Origin: Escherichia coli 042
GTDB lineage: Bacteria; Pseudomonadota; Gammaproteobacteria; Enterobacterales; Enterobacteriaceae
Reading direction: 5' to 3' (one strand)
Assembly (NCBI RefSeq): GCF_000027125.1
Contig: NC_017626.1
Length of the DNA: 64,000 nt
The notes beneath the pieces are model-generated. The model ran no database searches, was not told where the DNA came from, and was given only the letters and a program-made list of their open reading frames with translations. A program made the translations under genes and the position numbers. Shown here piece by piece: positions 1 through 10,401 of this stretch. The number at the start of each line of letters is the position of its first letter. Within the stretch, counting starts at the first letter, position 1.

Positions 1-680
<680 letters not shown>

Positions 681-688
681 GTAACAGT

Positions 689-767
689 GCCGGATGCGGC
701 GTGAACGCCTTATCCGGCCTACATGTCGCACGAACCAGGTAGGCCCGATAAGCGCAGCGCATCGGGC
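689..767. repeat. REP/BIME element (two inverted REP units)
   Basis: gccggatgcggcgtgaacgccttatccggcctaca followed by gtaggcccgataagcgcagcgcatcgggc in the ascB-hycI intergenic gap. Confidence 0.75.
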
Positions 768-837
768 AATCTGGCGTTTGCTATCAGTTCTGATTCCCTC
801 ATCAAGAACATCCCTGTCCTGATTCCTTACTGAAAAA

Positions 838-1308
838 CTACTCTTCTTCCACCGCTAACTGTGCGAAGCCGCCATTCCCTTCCCAGCCTTCCAGCCGTTG
901 ATAAACGGTTTCTACGGCGTCTTTAATCGGCTGGGTCATCGGGTAGTAAAAGCCGACGATATCCGGCTGGATGCCGAGGAAAATCACTTCGCCAATATCT
1001 TCTTTTAACTGGTCGATAAGGTAGTTCAGCGGCATGTTATGGGTAGTCATCATAAACATCTCGGCGATGTCATCCGGGTCGATGATGCGGATCTCGCCGG
1101 GGTTTAGCCCCATATCCGTGGCGTCGACAATCAGCAGTCGTGTCGGGCGCAGTTCGCGGATAGCGACAATGTCGTTTTCCGGTGCGCTACCGCCGTCAAT
1201 CACCACCCAGTTACCTTTCGGCGCGGCGGCGCACTTTTCCGCCAGCAGCGGGCCTGCGCCATCATCGCCCATCATGCTATTGCCAACACAGAGTAAAACG
1301 TCAGTCAC
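838..1308 (-). CDS. hycI: hydrogenase 3 maturation endopeptidase
   Basis: 156 aa ORF, N-terminus [22 protein letters not shown] typical of HycI/HybD proteases. Confidence 0.92.
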   Translation of the reverse strand: MTDVLLCVGNSMMGDDGAGPLLAEKCAAAPKGNWVVIDGGSAPENDIVAIRELRPTRLLIVDATDMGLNPGEIRIIDPDDIAEMFMMTTHNMPLNYLIDQLKEDIGEVIFLGIQPDIVGFYYPMTQPIKDAVETVYQRLEGWEGNGGFAQLAVEEE

Positions 1309-1711
1309 GCAATCTCCTCACCATCAAATAGATGGCGTTTTCCTGATGAATATCATGCAGCATACTTAACAGCATTGTACTCCATTCTTTCTGCTGCGAA
1401 GTTTGCGTTGCCCGGGCTTTATCGAATGCGTTGGCCAGCATCGGCACATGGTTAATGTCGATGACGATCTCACCATATTTCGGCACGCCTTCCATTTTGC
1501 GGCGGGCTTCGCTGCCCGCCTCCAGAGTGGCAATCCATGCCAGATATTCATCCCACGGGCAGGTGAGCGCCGCTTCCAGGCAATCGATAACCCCAAGGTG
1601 GTGACCAATCGCCAGGCTGTAATAGACCACCTGCTGCGCCTCGGCGGGCGTGGCATCGTTCTCATCAATAAATTTACGGCTCAGTTGACTGAACACCACC
1701 TTTTCACTCAT
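1301..1711 (-). CDS. hycH: formate hydrogenlyase maturation protein
   Basis: 136 aa ORF overlapping hycI and hycG ends; operon position. Confidence 0.88.
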   Translation of the reverse strand: MSEKVVFSQLSRKFIDENDATPAEAQQVVYYSLAIGHHLGVIDCLEAALTCPWDEYLAWIATLEAGSEARRKMEGVPKYGEIVIDINHVPMLANAFDKARATQTSQQKEWSTMLLSMLHDIHQENAIYLMVRRLRD

Positions 1712-2475
1712 CGGATACGCGCCTCTTCAACAACATGATTCAGATGGCTGACAATCTCGTTCAGACGCGGATCGTTTTCCGCTTCCAGCCAGCGTGCAAC
1801 CTGCTCTTCGCCCTGCCCTAACTGTGTCAGGAAGTCATCGGCAATCTGGCGACCGTAACGGTAACCCGCCAGGCGGCGTGCTTCGCGATCTACTTTCACA
1901 CGCAGCGGCTGCACCATATCGCCATGCAGGATCTCCGCCGGTTGTTCATCCTGCTCACCCGGCCCACGGGCGTGAATTTTCTGCTCCAGCAGGCCGAGCG
2001 CCATTGCAAAGCCGTATAGCGTAGCGGCAGGCGTTGGCGGGCAGCCCGGAATGTAGACATCCACCGGGACGATTTTATCCGTACCGCCCCACACGCAGTA
2101 GAGATCGTGGAAAATGCCACCGCTGTTACCGCAGGCACCGTAGGAGATACAGATTTTCGGGTCCGGCGCGGACTGCCACGCACGCAGCGCAGGGGATCGC
2201 ATTGCACGGGTGACCGCGCCGGTAAACAGTAAAATATCCGCATGACGCGGTGAAGGAACGACTTTAATGCCGAAGCGTTCTGCATCGAACAGCGGCGACA
2301 AAGTGGCGAAAATTTCGATTTCGCAGCCGTTGCAGCCGCCGCAGTCCACGCGGTAAACGTAGGCAGAACGTTTGATTTTTTTCAGTAACGACGCCTTCAT
2401 GCTGGCGATGGATTCATCCACCGTCATCGGGACCGGAATGCCGTTGGCGTCACGGGGGCCTAATAAATTGCTCAT
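1708..2475 (-). CDS. hycG: hydrogenase 3 small subunit (NuoB-like)
   Basis: 255 aa; CxxC...GCPP cluster-binding motifs ([19 protein letters not shown]). Confidence 0.93.
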   Translation of the reverse strand: MSNLLGPRDANGIPVPMTVDESIASMKASLLKKIKRSAYVYRVDCGGCNGCEIEIFATLSPLFDAERFGIKVVPSPRHADILLFTGAVTRAMRSPALRAWQSAPDPKICISYGACGNSGGIFHDLYCVWGGTDKIVPVDVYIPGCPPTPAATLYGFAMALGLLEQKIHARGPGEQDEQPAEILHGDMVQPLRVKVDREARRLAGYRYGRQIADDFLTQLGQGEEQVARWLEAENDPRLNEIVSHLNHVVEEARIR

Positions 2476-3017
2476 CAGATGGCCTCTTTCATATGGCGAG
2501 TCAGTTCAATACGGTCGGACGGCACCAGGCATTTCTGGCGCTTACATTCCGGGCAAGTCTCAAAGCTTTCGCGGTGGTTTTCCGCGCGACTGTCACCATT
2601 GTGCTTAAGCAGTGCAATGGCGTAGTCGATCTCTTTCTGGACGGCGAAAGGACGATTACAGATGCGGCAGTTACACAGCGCGAAACGGGACTGTTGCAGG
2701 AAGTCTTCTTTCTTCCACACCGCCAGTTCGTACTCTTGCGACAGTTTGATCGCCGCCGTCGGGCAGACTTCTTCGCAGCGTCCACAGAAGATGCAGCGTC
2801 CAAGATTGAACTCCCAGGCAAGCTCTCCTGTGGCGAGGTCGGTTTCAACCGTTAAGGCGTTTGACGGGCAGGCATTGACGCAGGCCGCGCAGCCGATGCA
2901 CTGCTGCGGGTTCTGCTCTGGCTTACCACGGAAGTTTTTATCAACCGCAATCGGCTCCAGCGGATAAGACGAGGTCGCCGTGCCGGTTTTGATGACTTTT
3001 TTGATAAAGGTAAACAT
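2475..3017 (-). CDS. hycF: formate hydrogenlyase 2x[4Fe-4S] ferredoxin subunit
   Basis: 180 aa; two CxxCxxCxxxCP motifs. Confidence 0.92.
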   Translation of the reverse strand: MFTFIKKVIKTGTATSSYPLEPIAVDKNFRGKPEQNPQQCIGCAACVNACPSNALTVETDLATGELAWEFNLGRCIFCGRCEEVCPTAAIKLSQEYELAVWKKEDFLQQSRFALCNCRICNRPFAVQKEIDYAIALLKHNGDSRAENHRESFETCPECKRQKCLVPSDRIELTRHMKEAI

Positions 3018-3026
3018 GGCGATTCC

Positions 3027-4736
3027 TTATTTCAGCGGCGAGTTTTTACGCTCAATGCTGTAACGCTCGAGTTCTTTGTACGGCACCACTTTGCTCTTCT
3101 TCTTACGTACATCGACCACGGTCATGCGGTCGGTACAGGAGTAGCAAGGGTCCAGGCTACCGATAATCAGCGGCGCATCGGAAACAGTGTTGCCACGCAG
3201 CATGTAGCGCAGGGTCGGCCAGTTCGCGTAGGTCGCGGCACGGCAGCGCCAGCGGTACAGCTTCTGGTTGTCGCCGGTCATGCTCCAGTGGATATCGTCG
3301 CCGCGCGGCGCTTCGGCAAAGCCCAGCGCAAAACGGTGCGGAATATAGGTAAAGCCTTCCACCATCAGCGGACCGCCCGGCAGGTTATCCAGACCGTAGT
3401 CGATCATGTTCAGCGCGGTATAGACTTCGTTGATACGAACTTTCAGACGGGAAATAACGTCGCAGCCCTGCTCGCTGTGGACTTCCATTGGCAGCAGGCC
3501 ATAACCAACAAACGGGTGATCGGCACGGGTATCGCGGGCGTGACCGCTGGCGCGGACCATCGGGCCAACGTTACTGAAATCGCGGGCGATTTCCGGGTCC
3601 AGACGACCAATGCCGACAGTACGCTGTTCCATATTCGGTGTGCTCAGCAGCACATCCACCAGCTCCTGCACTTCACGACGCATCTGTTGCGCCAGCTGGC
3701 GGGTCTGGATCATGTCATCTTTCAGCAGATCGCGACGAATCCCGCCGATCAGGTTCAGGCCGTAGGTTTTACGCGCACCGGTGAGGATCTCTGCCATTTT
3801 CATGGAGGTTTCACGCACGCGGAAGAACTGCATAAAGCCGGAGTCGAAACCGGTAAAGTGACAGGCGAGGCCGAGGTTGAGCAGATGCGAGTGCAGGCGT
3901 TCTACCTCCAGCAGAATGGCGCGGATCATCTGCGCACGTTCTGGCACCTGAATACCCATCGCGTTTTCCACCGACGTGGTGTAGGCGGTGCTGTGAGCAA
4001 AGCCGCAGATCCCGCACACACGGTCAGAGAGGAAGGTCACTTCGTTGTAACCCATGCGGGTTTCCGCCAGTTTTTCCATGCCGCGATGGACATAGAACAG
4101 GCGGTAGTCGGCGTCGATAATGTTTTCGCCATCGACGAACAGACGGAAGTGGCCCGGTTCGTCAGAAGTGACGTGCAGCGGACCAATCGGCACGACGTTG
4201 TTTTTCTTGTCGCCCAGTTCGTTGATAAACTCGTAGGTTTCAGCATCGGTAGTCGGTGCCGGACGCTGACGATAATCCATGCTGTCTTTACGCAGCGGAT
4301 AAAGTTCATCCGGCCAGTCATCCGGCAGCACCAGACGACGTTCATCCGGAAGCCCTACCGGAATCAAACCGTACATATCGCGCACTTCACGCTCGCCCCA
4401 CACCGCCGCCGGAACGCGCGGCGTCACGGACGGATACTCCGGTTTGTTGGCGTCAACTTCAACGCGCACGGTTATCCAGCATTTGGTGCCCTTCTCCATC
4501 GACAGCACGTAGTAAACGGCGTAATGACCATTCAGTTTGCGTTCGTCGTTACCAAACAGCACCGACAGCCAGCCCCCCTGCTTGTAGTAGAGAAACTCCA
4601 CCACTTCCGGCAGGTAGTTCACCTTCACGGTCACGGTCAGCTGATCTTTGGTCTGCCAGGCGTGGTCCAGCACGACGCCCGGAAATGCCTCATTCAGCGC
4701 GGCGAGATAATGTTGACCTAATTTTTCTTCAGACAT
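3027..4736 (-). CDS. hycE: hydrogenase 3 [NiFe] large subunit
   Basis: Track ORF 3027..4757 starts at an upstream GTG; recognisable HycE begins MSEEKLGQHYL (569 aa); C-terminal DPCYSCTDR Ni-binding motif. Confidence 0.95.
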   Translation of the reverse strand: MSEEKLGQHYLAALNEAFPGVVLDHAWQTKDQLTVTVKVNYLPEVVEFLYYKQGGWLSVLFGNDERKLNGHYAVYYVLSMEKGTKCWITVRVEVDANKPEYPSVTPRVPAAVWGEREVRDMYGLIPVGLPDERRLVLPDDWPDELYPLRKDSMDYRQRPAPTTDAETYEFINELGDKKNNVVPIGPLHVTSDEPGHFRLFVDGENIIDADYRLFYVHRGMEKLAETRMGYNEVTFLSDRVCGICGFAHSTAYTTSVENAMGIQVPERAQMIRAILLEVERLHSHLLNLGLACHFTGFDSGFMQFFRVRETSMKMAEILTGARKTYGLNLIGGIRRDLLKDDMIQTRQLAQQMRREVQELVDVLLSTPNMEQRTVGIGRLDPEIARDFSNVGPMVRASGHARDTRADHPFVGYGLLPMEVHSEQGCDVISRLKVRINEVYTALNMIDYGLDNLPGGPLMVEGFTYIPHRFALGFAEAPRGDDIHWSMTGDNQKLYRWRCRAATYANWPTLRYMLRGNTVSDAPLIIGSLDPCYSCTDRMTVVDVRKKKSKVVPYKELERYSIERKNSPLK

Positions 4737-4753
4737 GCTCAAACTCTCTTTAA

Positions 4754-5677
4754 TCACGCCGCCAGCAAGGAGACGAACGCTAAAAATGCAAAGCCAAACC
4801 CAGCCCAGGTAATGCGCGGAGTAATATCAAGACGCAGACGGGCCATGCTGTTTTCGAACAGCGCGATAACCAGGACGCCAACCACCAGTTTGACGATGGC
4901 AATCACCAACGCCAGCAGCAGCCCACCGACGGTGAAGGTTTCCATTTGTCCCCACGGAATAAACACCCCGACGAACATCTGCAGCACCACCAACTGTTTC
5001 AGGCTGATACCCCATTTCATGACGCCAAAGCCGCTGCCGCTGTACTCAGAGAGCGGACCTTCCTGCAACTCCTGCTCGGCTTCCGCCAGGTCGAACGGCA
5101 GTTTGCCCATTTCGATAAAAGTGGCGAACGCACAGGCACAAAGCGCCAGCACCAGCGGGATGCTCTGGCTCAGCGGCCAGTGATAAACGGTGTCGGTGAT
5201 GTTGCTGATGTTGGTGGAACCGGCAACCTGTGCGGCAACCCACAGACCAAGCAGCAACATCGGTTCGACCAGCACGCCAAGCATCGCTTCACGGCTCGCG
5301 CCGATAGCGGTAAACGGGCTACCGGTATCCAGACCAGAAATAGCAAAGAAGAAACGCGCGATGGCAAAGAGATACAGTAAAGTGATCAAATCGCCCAGCT
5401 GCGGCAGCGGAGAACCAACGGTCACCACCGGCAGCGCAGTAGCGATAGTCAGCATGACGCCCACCATCACATACGGCGTCAGGCGGAACACCCAGCCGGA
5501 GGCATCCGGGCCAACGCTCTGGCGACCCAGCAGTTTGATAATGTCGCGATACTCCTGCAACACGCCCGGCCCGCGACGGTTATGCAAGCGGGCACGCGCC
5601 ACGCGGGTTATACCGGAGAGCAGCGGCGCAACGGCAAATAACACCAGCGCCTGAATTAACGGATATAAAACACTCAT
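4754..5677 (-). CDS. hycD: formate hydrogenlyase membrane subunit (NuoH-like)
   Basis: 307 aa polytopic membrane protein; operon position. Confidence 0.93.
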   Translation of the reverse strand: MSVLYPLIQALVLFAVAPLLSGITRVARARLHNRRGPGVLQEYRDIIKLLGRQSVGPDASGWVFRLTPYVMVGVMLTIATALPVVTVGSPLPQLGDLITLLYLFAIARFFFAISGLDTGSPFTAIGASREAMLGVLVEPMLLLGLWVAAQVAGSTNISNITDTVYHWPLSQSIPLVLALCACAFATFIEMGKLPFDLAEAEQELQEGPLSEYSGSGFGVMKWGISLKQLVVLQMFVGVFIPWGQMETFTVGGLLLALVIAIVKLVVGVLVIALFENSMARLRLDITPRITWAGFGFAFLAFVSLLAA

Positions 5678-5679
5678 TC

Positions 5680-7506
5680 TCAGGCTCCTCGTGAAACAAT
5701 AATCACCACCAGTACCGCCAGTTCAACCAGCGCCATCCGGCGGAACAGCAACGCACTCCCCTCGCACTGCCAGCCCGGCACCAGCGACACCGGATTCAGC
5801 CATTTGCGCAGTTTCAGCACTGGCGCAAACGCCTGTTTCACCGGCATGGCAAAACCGTGAGCAGTAATCACCATTGATTTTTCATGGTCGTAGCCGCACA
5901 CCCAGGCCGCGCCGCGGGAACGCGACGGCAAACGATCGCCTTTGCAAATCGCCATAATGATGAATGGCAGCAGCGGGCAGGCAATCAGCAGCAACGTGAT
6001 CATGGGTTGAGAAACGGTGGTGTTAGCAGGCTCCAGCGGCAGAGGTACAGCAGCAGAGAGCATCGGCAGCAGCCACGGCGCAGCAACACCGCCAATGACG
6101 CAGCAAATCGCCAGTGCCACCACGCTTACGCTCATCAGGAGCGGCGCACAGGTGGCGTTTTCGGCTTCTTTGGTACGCGGCGCGCCGAGGAACGTGACGC
6201 CATAGACTTTCGCCATACACATCACCGCCAGCGCACCGGTAATTGCCAGACCCACAGCGAGCAGCGGCCCCAGCAGACGGGCAACAAACGCGCCACTATT
6301 GCTCAGCTTGAAGAAGGATTGATAGATAACCCATTCCCCGGCAAACCCGTTCAGCGGCGGCAGCGCAGCCATTGCCATCAGCCCGACTAACATGGCGATG
6401 GAGATAACCGGCATTTTCTTGCCAATACCACCGAGTTTTTCGATATCGCGATGACCGGTACGGAACCAGACGCTCCCCGCCCCGAGGAACAGTACGCTTT
6501 TGAACAGGCTATGGTTAAGCAGATGGTACAGACCACCGACCAGGCCAAGAGCAATCAGCGCCGGTTGTTCGAGCGCGATACCCGTTACGCCAGCGCCCAG
6601 CCCCAGCAGGATAATGCCGATATTCTCCAGGGTGTGGTAAGCCAGCAGGCGCTGGATGTTGTGTTCCATCAACGCATACAGACCACCGACGAACGCGGTG
6701 ATCATGCCGAGCACCAGCAGCGCGATCCCCCACCACAGCGGTGCATTACCGCCCAGCAGCGACAGGGTTAAAATGCCCAGCAGGCCAATTTTCATGACTA
6801 CCGTAGAAAACAACGCGGCAGCTGGCGCAGAGGCGTTAGCATGTGCCTGCGGCACCCAGCCGTGCAGCGGAATAATCCCGGCCAGCAGGCCAAAGCCAAT
6901 CACACCGAGCAGCCAGATATCGGAACCGAGCGGCAGCTGTTGCATACGCATATCCAGCAGGCGCAGATCCAGCGTGCCGTAACGCTGCCACAGCAGCCAG
7001 CAGGCAATCGCCAGCAGCAGAGTGCCAAGACGCCCCAGCGCAAACCACAGTTTGCCCTCTTTGCTGTTGCTGGTGAGGAACACCGCACACAGGGCCATGA
7101 TTTCGGCCATTACCACGAACATGCCGAGGTTGCTGGCGATGACGGCACAGACGGCGGCAGCCATCAACATATTGATCTGCAAGCCGTTGCATTTCACCTG
7201 CGCGTGGCGATGCCAGTCAATGTTGTAGAGGCTGACAAACAGACCGCACAGGCCGAGCGTAATCAGCCAAATCGCGTTAAGCGGAGAGATTTGCACATCG
7301 TAGCTTACCAGCGACAGCGCACCGCTCACGCCAACCGCACCAGTCAGCACAGTGAAGCCCGCGGCTGCCGTATACAGGCTACCCACCGCGCCGCCAATTC
7401 CGGCTATCCAGCCACTCAGCGCCTTTTGAAAAGAAAAGAGAAATGCCAGAACAGCGGCGGCGGCAAACCACGCCACGCCACTATTGATCAGGGAAATTGC
7501 GCTCAT
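5680..7506 (-). CDS. hycC: formate hydrogenlyase membrane subunit (NuoL/antiporter-like)
   Basis: 608 aa polytopic membrane protein; operon position. Confidence 0.93.
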   Translation of the reverse strand: MSAISLINSGVAWFAAAAVLAFLFSFQKALSGWIAGIGGAVGSLYTAAAGFTVLTGAVGVSGALSLVSYDVQISPLNAIWLITLGLCGLFVSLYNIDWHRHAQVKCNGLQINMLMAAAVCAVIASNLGMFVVMAEIMALCAVFLTSNSKEGKLWFALGRLGTLLLAIACWLLWQRYGTLDLRLLDMRMQQLPLGSDIWLLGVIGFGLLAGIIPLHGWVPQAHANASAPAAALFSTVVMKIGLLGILTLSLLGGNAPLWWGIALLVLGMITAFVGGLYALMEHNIQRLLAYHTLENIGIILLGLGAGVTGIALEQPALIALGLVGGLYHLLNHSLFKSVLFLGAGSVWFRTGHRDIEKLGGIGKKMPVISIAMLVGLMAMAALPPLNGFAGEWVIYQSFFKLSNSGAFVARLLGPLLAVGLAITGALAVMCMAKVYGVTFLGAPRTKEAENATCAPLLMSVSVVALAICCVIGGVAAPWLLPMLSAAVPLPLEPANTTVSQPMITLLLIACPLLPFIIMAICKGDRLPSRSRGAAWVCGYDHEKSMVITAHGFAMPVKQAFAPVLKLRKWLNPVSLVPGWQCEGSALLFRRMALVELAVLVVIIVSRGA

Positions 7507-8114
7507 TTAGCCTCTCCACTTTGAGCCTGCTGAAACAAGGTGAGATCGCCAAAGTCCGTGTTAAAAGTCAGCTCACGCTTACGTTTGCTGACGCGGGCGA
7601 TATCGGTGTTATCCACCAGATGCAGGGCTTTAGTCGGGCACATCCGCACGCAGGCCGGACCTTGTTCATCAAAACTACAAAGGTCACATTTGACGGCGAT
7701 CGCGCGAATACCTGGCACCCAGTCAAGCAATGTGCTGACACGCGCCGGAGCAGGCGGTGCCGGTGGCGCTTTCGGGGTATTGGCATTTGCCGGAATATCC
7801 AGCGGACGGCTGCCGGAAAATTCAATTGCGCCAAACGGGCAGGCGATGCCGCACAGTTTGCAGCTTACGCACAGACTTTCATTCAACTGCACGGCCCCAT
7901 CAACGCGGGTGATGGCGTTAACCGGGCAGACCACCGCACAGGGCGCATCTTCACAGTGGTGACAGAGCTGCGGCGCAGATTCTTTTTCATTCAGCATCAC
8001 TCTCAGGCGCGGCATTGATTGCAGGCCGTGCTGGCGATGCGTCTCTGAACAGGCGGCCTCACAAGTGTGGCAGCCGATACAGAGCGTGGAGTCAGCAATT
8101 ACAAAACGATTCAC
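7503..8114 (-). CDS. hycB: formate hydrogenlyase Fe-S subunit
   Basis: 203 aa with four Cys-cluster motifs (CxxCxxCxxxC). Confidence 0.93.
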   Translation of the reverse strand: MNRFVIADSTLCIGCHTCEAACSETHRQHGLQSMPRLRVMLNEKESAPQLCHHCEDAPCAVVCPVNAITRVDGAVQLNESLCVSCKLCGIACPFGAIEFSGSRPLDIPANANTPKAPPAPPAPARVSTLLDWVPGIRAIAVKCDLCSFDEQGPACVRMCPTKALHLVDNTDIARVSKRKRELTFNTDFGDLTLFQQAQSGEAK

Positions 8115-8164
8115 CAGGCATTCCTCAGGTGATTGTCATTTTTGACGAAAACATGCCGATGAAA

Positions 8165-8190
8165 TGTCATTTTCGACACTCATCGACACG
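8165..8190. promoter_or_regulatory. candidate FhlA-type upstream activator motif, copy 1 (hycA-hycB intergenic)
   Basis: tgtcattttcgacactcatcgacacg; near-duplicate of the motif at 8818..8840. Confidence 0.45.
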
Positions 8191-8238
8191 CCCATCCCCA
8201 AACAGGCGTAACGCCTGCAAAACGGGCAAAGCCTCAGC

Positions 8239-8700
8239 TCATGCTGCCGGGCTTTGTCCCTTTACCAGTTGGCTTAAATTCACCGGCACATTGTTTTCAA
8301 TGGCGGTATATAAGCTGTCGTAAACGCCAGCGATTTTTTCGAGATAGTGTTCCAGAACCTGTTCGCGATCGCGGATGTTGACCTTGCCATCAATCATGCC
8401 GTCAATGCTCAGTTGCGCCTGCGCAATCCGCTGTTTGTCTTCACCATCTTTTGTTTCGACGTAATACTCGATGGTGTGGCTGTTAAAGCCATCCGCCAGG
8501 GTGACGTAAATACGAAAATGTTCAAAAAGGACGAAACAGAGTTCTTTGTCCGGCGCGCAGCTCATGGCGTGATGCAGGCGCGCTTTCGATAACGTGATCC
8601 CCTGAACCAGCGAATTGCAGTAGATGTGCCACTGGTCCTGTAGGCGACGATGCCGCTGTGCGATGTAATCGGCTTTCTCGCTTATTTCCCAAATAGTCAT
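8239..8700 (-). CDS. hycA: formate hydrogenlyase regulatory protein
   Basis: 153 aa ORF, first gene of the hyc operon, divergent from hypA. Confidence 0.9.
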   Translation of the reverse strand: MTIWEISEKADYIAQRHRRLQDQWHIYCNSLVQGITLSKARLHHAMSCAPDKELCFVLFEHFRIYVTLADGFNSHTIEYYVETKDGEDKQRIAQAQLSIDGMIDGKVNIRDREQVLEHYLEKIAGVYDSLYTAIENNVPVNLSQLVKGQSPAA

Positions 8701-8736
8701 TGTCAGGTTACCCGTTTAACAGAGATGTCAGCTTTA

Positions 8737-8754
8737 AGCATTTTCTGTGCCAAC
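8737..8754 (-). promoter_or_regulatory. sigma-54 promoter (-24/-12) for the hyc operon
   Basis: Minus-strand read TGGCAC-agaaa-ATGC (plus strand gcattttctgtgcca) about 40 bp upstream of hycA start. Confidence 0.6.
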
Positions 8755-8817
8755 TTTTAATTTATTGTTATTAAAGCGATTTTTAAGCTAAAGATGAATT
8801 TCGTCGCCGTGTCGACG

Positions 8818-8840
8818 TGTCATTTCGACATCATCGACAT
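8818..8840. promoter_or_regulatory. candidate FhlA-type upstream activator motif, copy 2 (hycA-hypA intergenic)
   Basis: tgtcatttcgacatcatcgacat, flanked by further tcgac/tttcg repeats (8796..8842). Confidence 0.5.
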
Positions 8841-8865
8841 TATTCACTGCAGGGATAATCAACAC

Positions 8866-8881
8866 TGGCACAATTATTGCT
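8866..8881 (+). promoter_or_regulatory. sigma-54 promoter (-24/-12) for the hyp operon
   Basis: TGGCAC-aatta-TTGCT about 30 bp upstream of hypA start. Confidence 0.65.
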
Positions 8882-8911
8882 TGTAGCTGGCAATAGTTAA
8901 TGGGAGGCGAT

Positions 8912-9262
8912 ATGCACGAAATAACCCTCTGCCAACGGGCACTGGAATTGATCGAACAGCAGGCCGCAAAACACGGCGCAAAACGCGTAACTGGGGTCTG
9001 GCTCAAAATTGGCGCATTTTCTTGTGTCGAAACCAGCTCTCTTGCCTTTTGTTTTGATCTGGTTTGCCGCGGCAGCGTGGCGGAAGGTTGTAAACTGCAC
9101 CTCGAAGAACAAGAGGCCGAATGCTGGTGTGAAACATGCCAACAGTATGTGACGCTACTGACCCAACGCGTCCGCCGCTGTCCACAGTGTCATGGTGACA
9201 TGCTACAGATTGTGGCAGACGACGGTTTACAGATTCGGCGGATAGAAATAGACCAGGAGTGA
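8912..9262 (+). CDS. hypA: hydrogenase nickel incorporation protein
   Basis: Starts MHEITLCQRALELIEQQ; C-terminal CxxC...CPxC zinc site; 116 aa. Confidence 0.95.
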   Translation: MHEITLCQRALELIEQQAAKHGAKRVTGVWLKIGAFSCVETSSLAFCFDLVCRGSVAEGCKLHLEEQEAECWCETCQQYVTLLTQRVRRCPQCHGDMLQIVADDGLQIRRIEIDQE

Positions 9263-9265
9263 GCG

Positions 9266-10138
9266 ATGTGTACAACATGCGGTTGCGGTGAAGGCAACCT
9301 GTATATCGAGGGTGATGAACATAACCCTCATTCCGCGTTTCGTAGCGCGCCATTTGCCCCGGCGGCACGCCCGAAGATGAAAATCACCGGCATTAAAGCG
9401 CCTGAATTTACCCCCAGCCAGACTGAAGAAGGCGACCTGCATTACGGTCATGGCGAAGCGGGTACTCACGCGCCGGGCATGAGCCAGCGTCGGATGCTGG
9501 AAGTCGAAATTGACGTGCTGGACAAAAATAACCGTCTGGCTGAACGCAACCGCGCGCGCTTTGCTGCCCGCAAGCAACTGGTGCTCAACCTGGTTTCCAG
9601 CCCTGGTTCAGGTAAAACCACCCTGCTGACGGAAACTTTAATGCGCCTGAAAGACAGCGTTCCGTGCGCGGTTATTGAAGGCGATCAGCAAACCGTGAAC
9701 GATGCCGCACGCATTCGCGCTACCGGCACACCAGCGATTCAGGTGAATACCGGTAAAGGCTGCCATCTTGACGCACAGATGATTGCCGACGCCGCACCGC
9801 GCCTGCCACTGGACGATAACGGTATTCTGTTTATCGAAAACGTCGGCAACCTCGTGTGCCCGGCCAGCTTCGATCTCGGTGAAAAACACAAAGTGGCGGT
9901 GCTTTCCGTTACCGAAGGTGAAGACAAACCGCTGAAATATCCGCATATGTTTGCCGCAGCTTCGCTGATGCTGCTCAACAAAGTTGACTTGCTGCCGTAT
10001 CTCAACTTTGACGTTGAGAAGTGCATCGCCTGCGCCCGCGAAGTCAATCCAGAAATTGAAATCATCCTTATTTCCGCCACCAGCGGCGAAGGGATGGACC
10101 AGTGGCTGAACTGGCTGGAGACACAGCGATGTGCATAG
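9266..10138 (+). CDS. hypB: hydrogenase nickel incorporation GTPase
   Basis: 290 aa; N-terminal [10 protein letters not shown] metal-binding motif, His-rich stretch, P-loop GSPGSGKTT. Confidence 0.95.
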   Translation: MCTTCGCGEGNLYIEGDEHNPHSAFRSAPFAPAARPKMKITGIKAPEFTPSQTEEGDLHYGHGEAGTHAPGMSQRRMLEVEIDVLDKNNRLAERNRARFAARKQLVLNLVSSPGSGKTTLLTETLMRLKDSVPCAVIEGDQQTVNDAARIRATGTPAIQVNTGKGCHLDAQMIADAAPRLPLDDNGILFIENVGNLVCPASFDLGEKHKVAVLSVTEGEDKPLKYPHMFAAASLMLLNKVDLLPYLNFDVEKCIACAREVNPEIEIILISATSGEGMDQWLNWLETQRCA

Positions 10139-10401
10139 GCGTTCCCGGGCAGATCCGCACCATTGACGGCAACCAGGCGAAAGTCGACGTCTGCGGCATT
10201 CAGCGCGACGTCGATTTAACGTTAGTCGGCAGCTGCGATGAAAACGGTCAGCCACGCGTGGGCCAGTGGGTACTGGTTCACGTTGGCTTTGCCATGAGCG
10301 TAATTAATGAAGCCGAAGCGCGCGACACTCTCGACGCCTTACAAAACATGTTTGACGTTGAGCCGGATGTCGGTGCGCTGTTGTATGGCGAGGAAAAATA
10401 A
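10129..10401 (+). CDS. hypC: hydrogenase maturation chaperone
   Basis: Starts [12 protein letters not shown] (HypC N-terminal Cys motif); 90 aa; track ORF 10102.. is an upstream extension. Confidence 0.93.
   Translation: MCIGVPGQIRTIDGNQAKVDVCGIQRDVDLTLVGSCDENGQPRVGQWVLVHVGFAMSVINEAEARDTLDALQNMFDVEPDVGALLYGEEK

Noticed and set aside
3288-4721. 477-aa plus-strand ORF (with nested ORFs) antisense to hycE
   Set aside because: Lies entirely inside the well-supported hycE gene on the opposite strand; composition is low-complexity and His/Arg/Val-rich, typical of an antisense frame artefact in GC-rich coding DNA.
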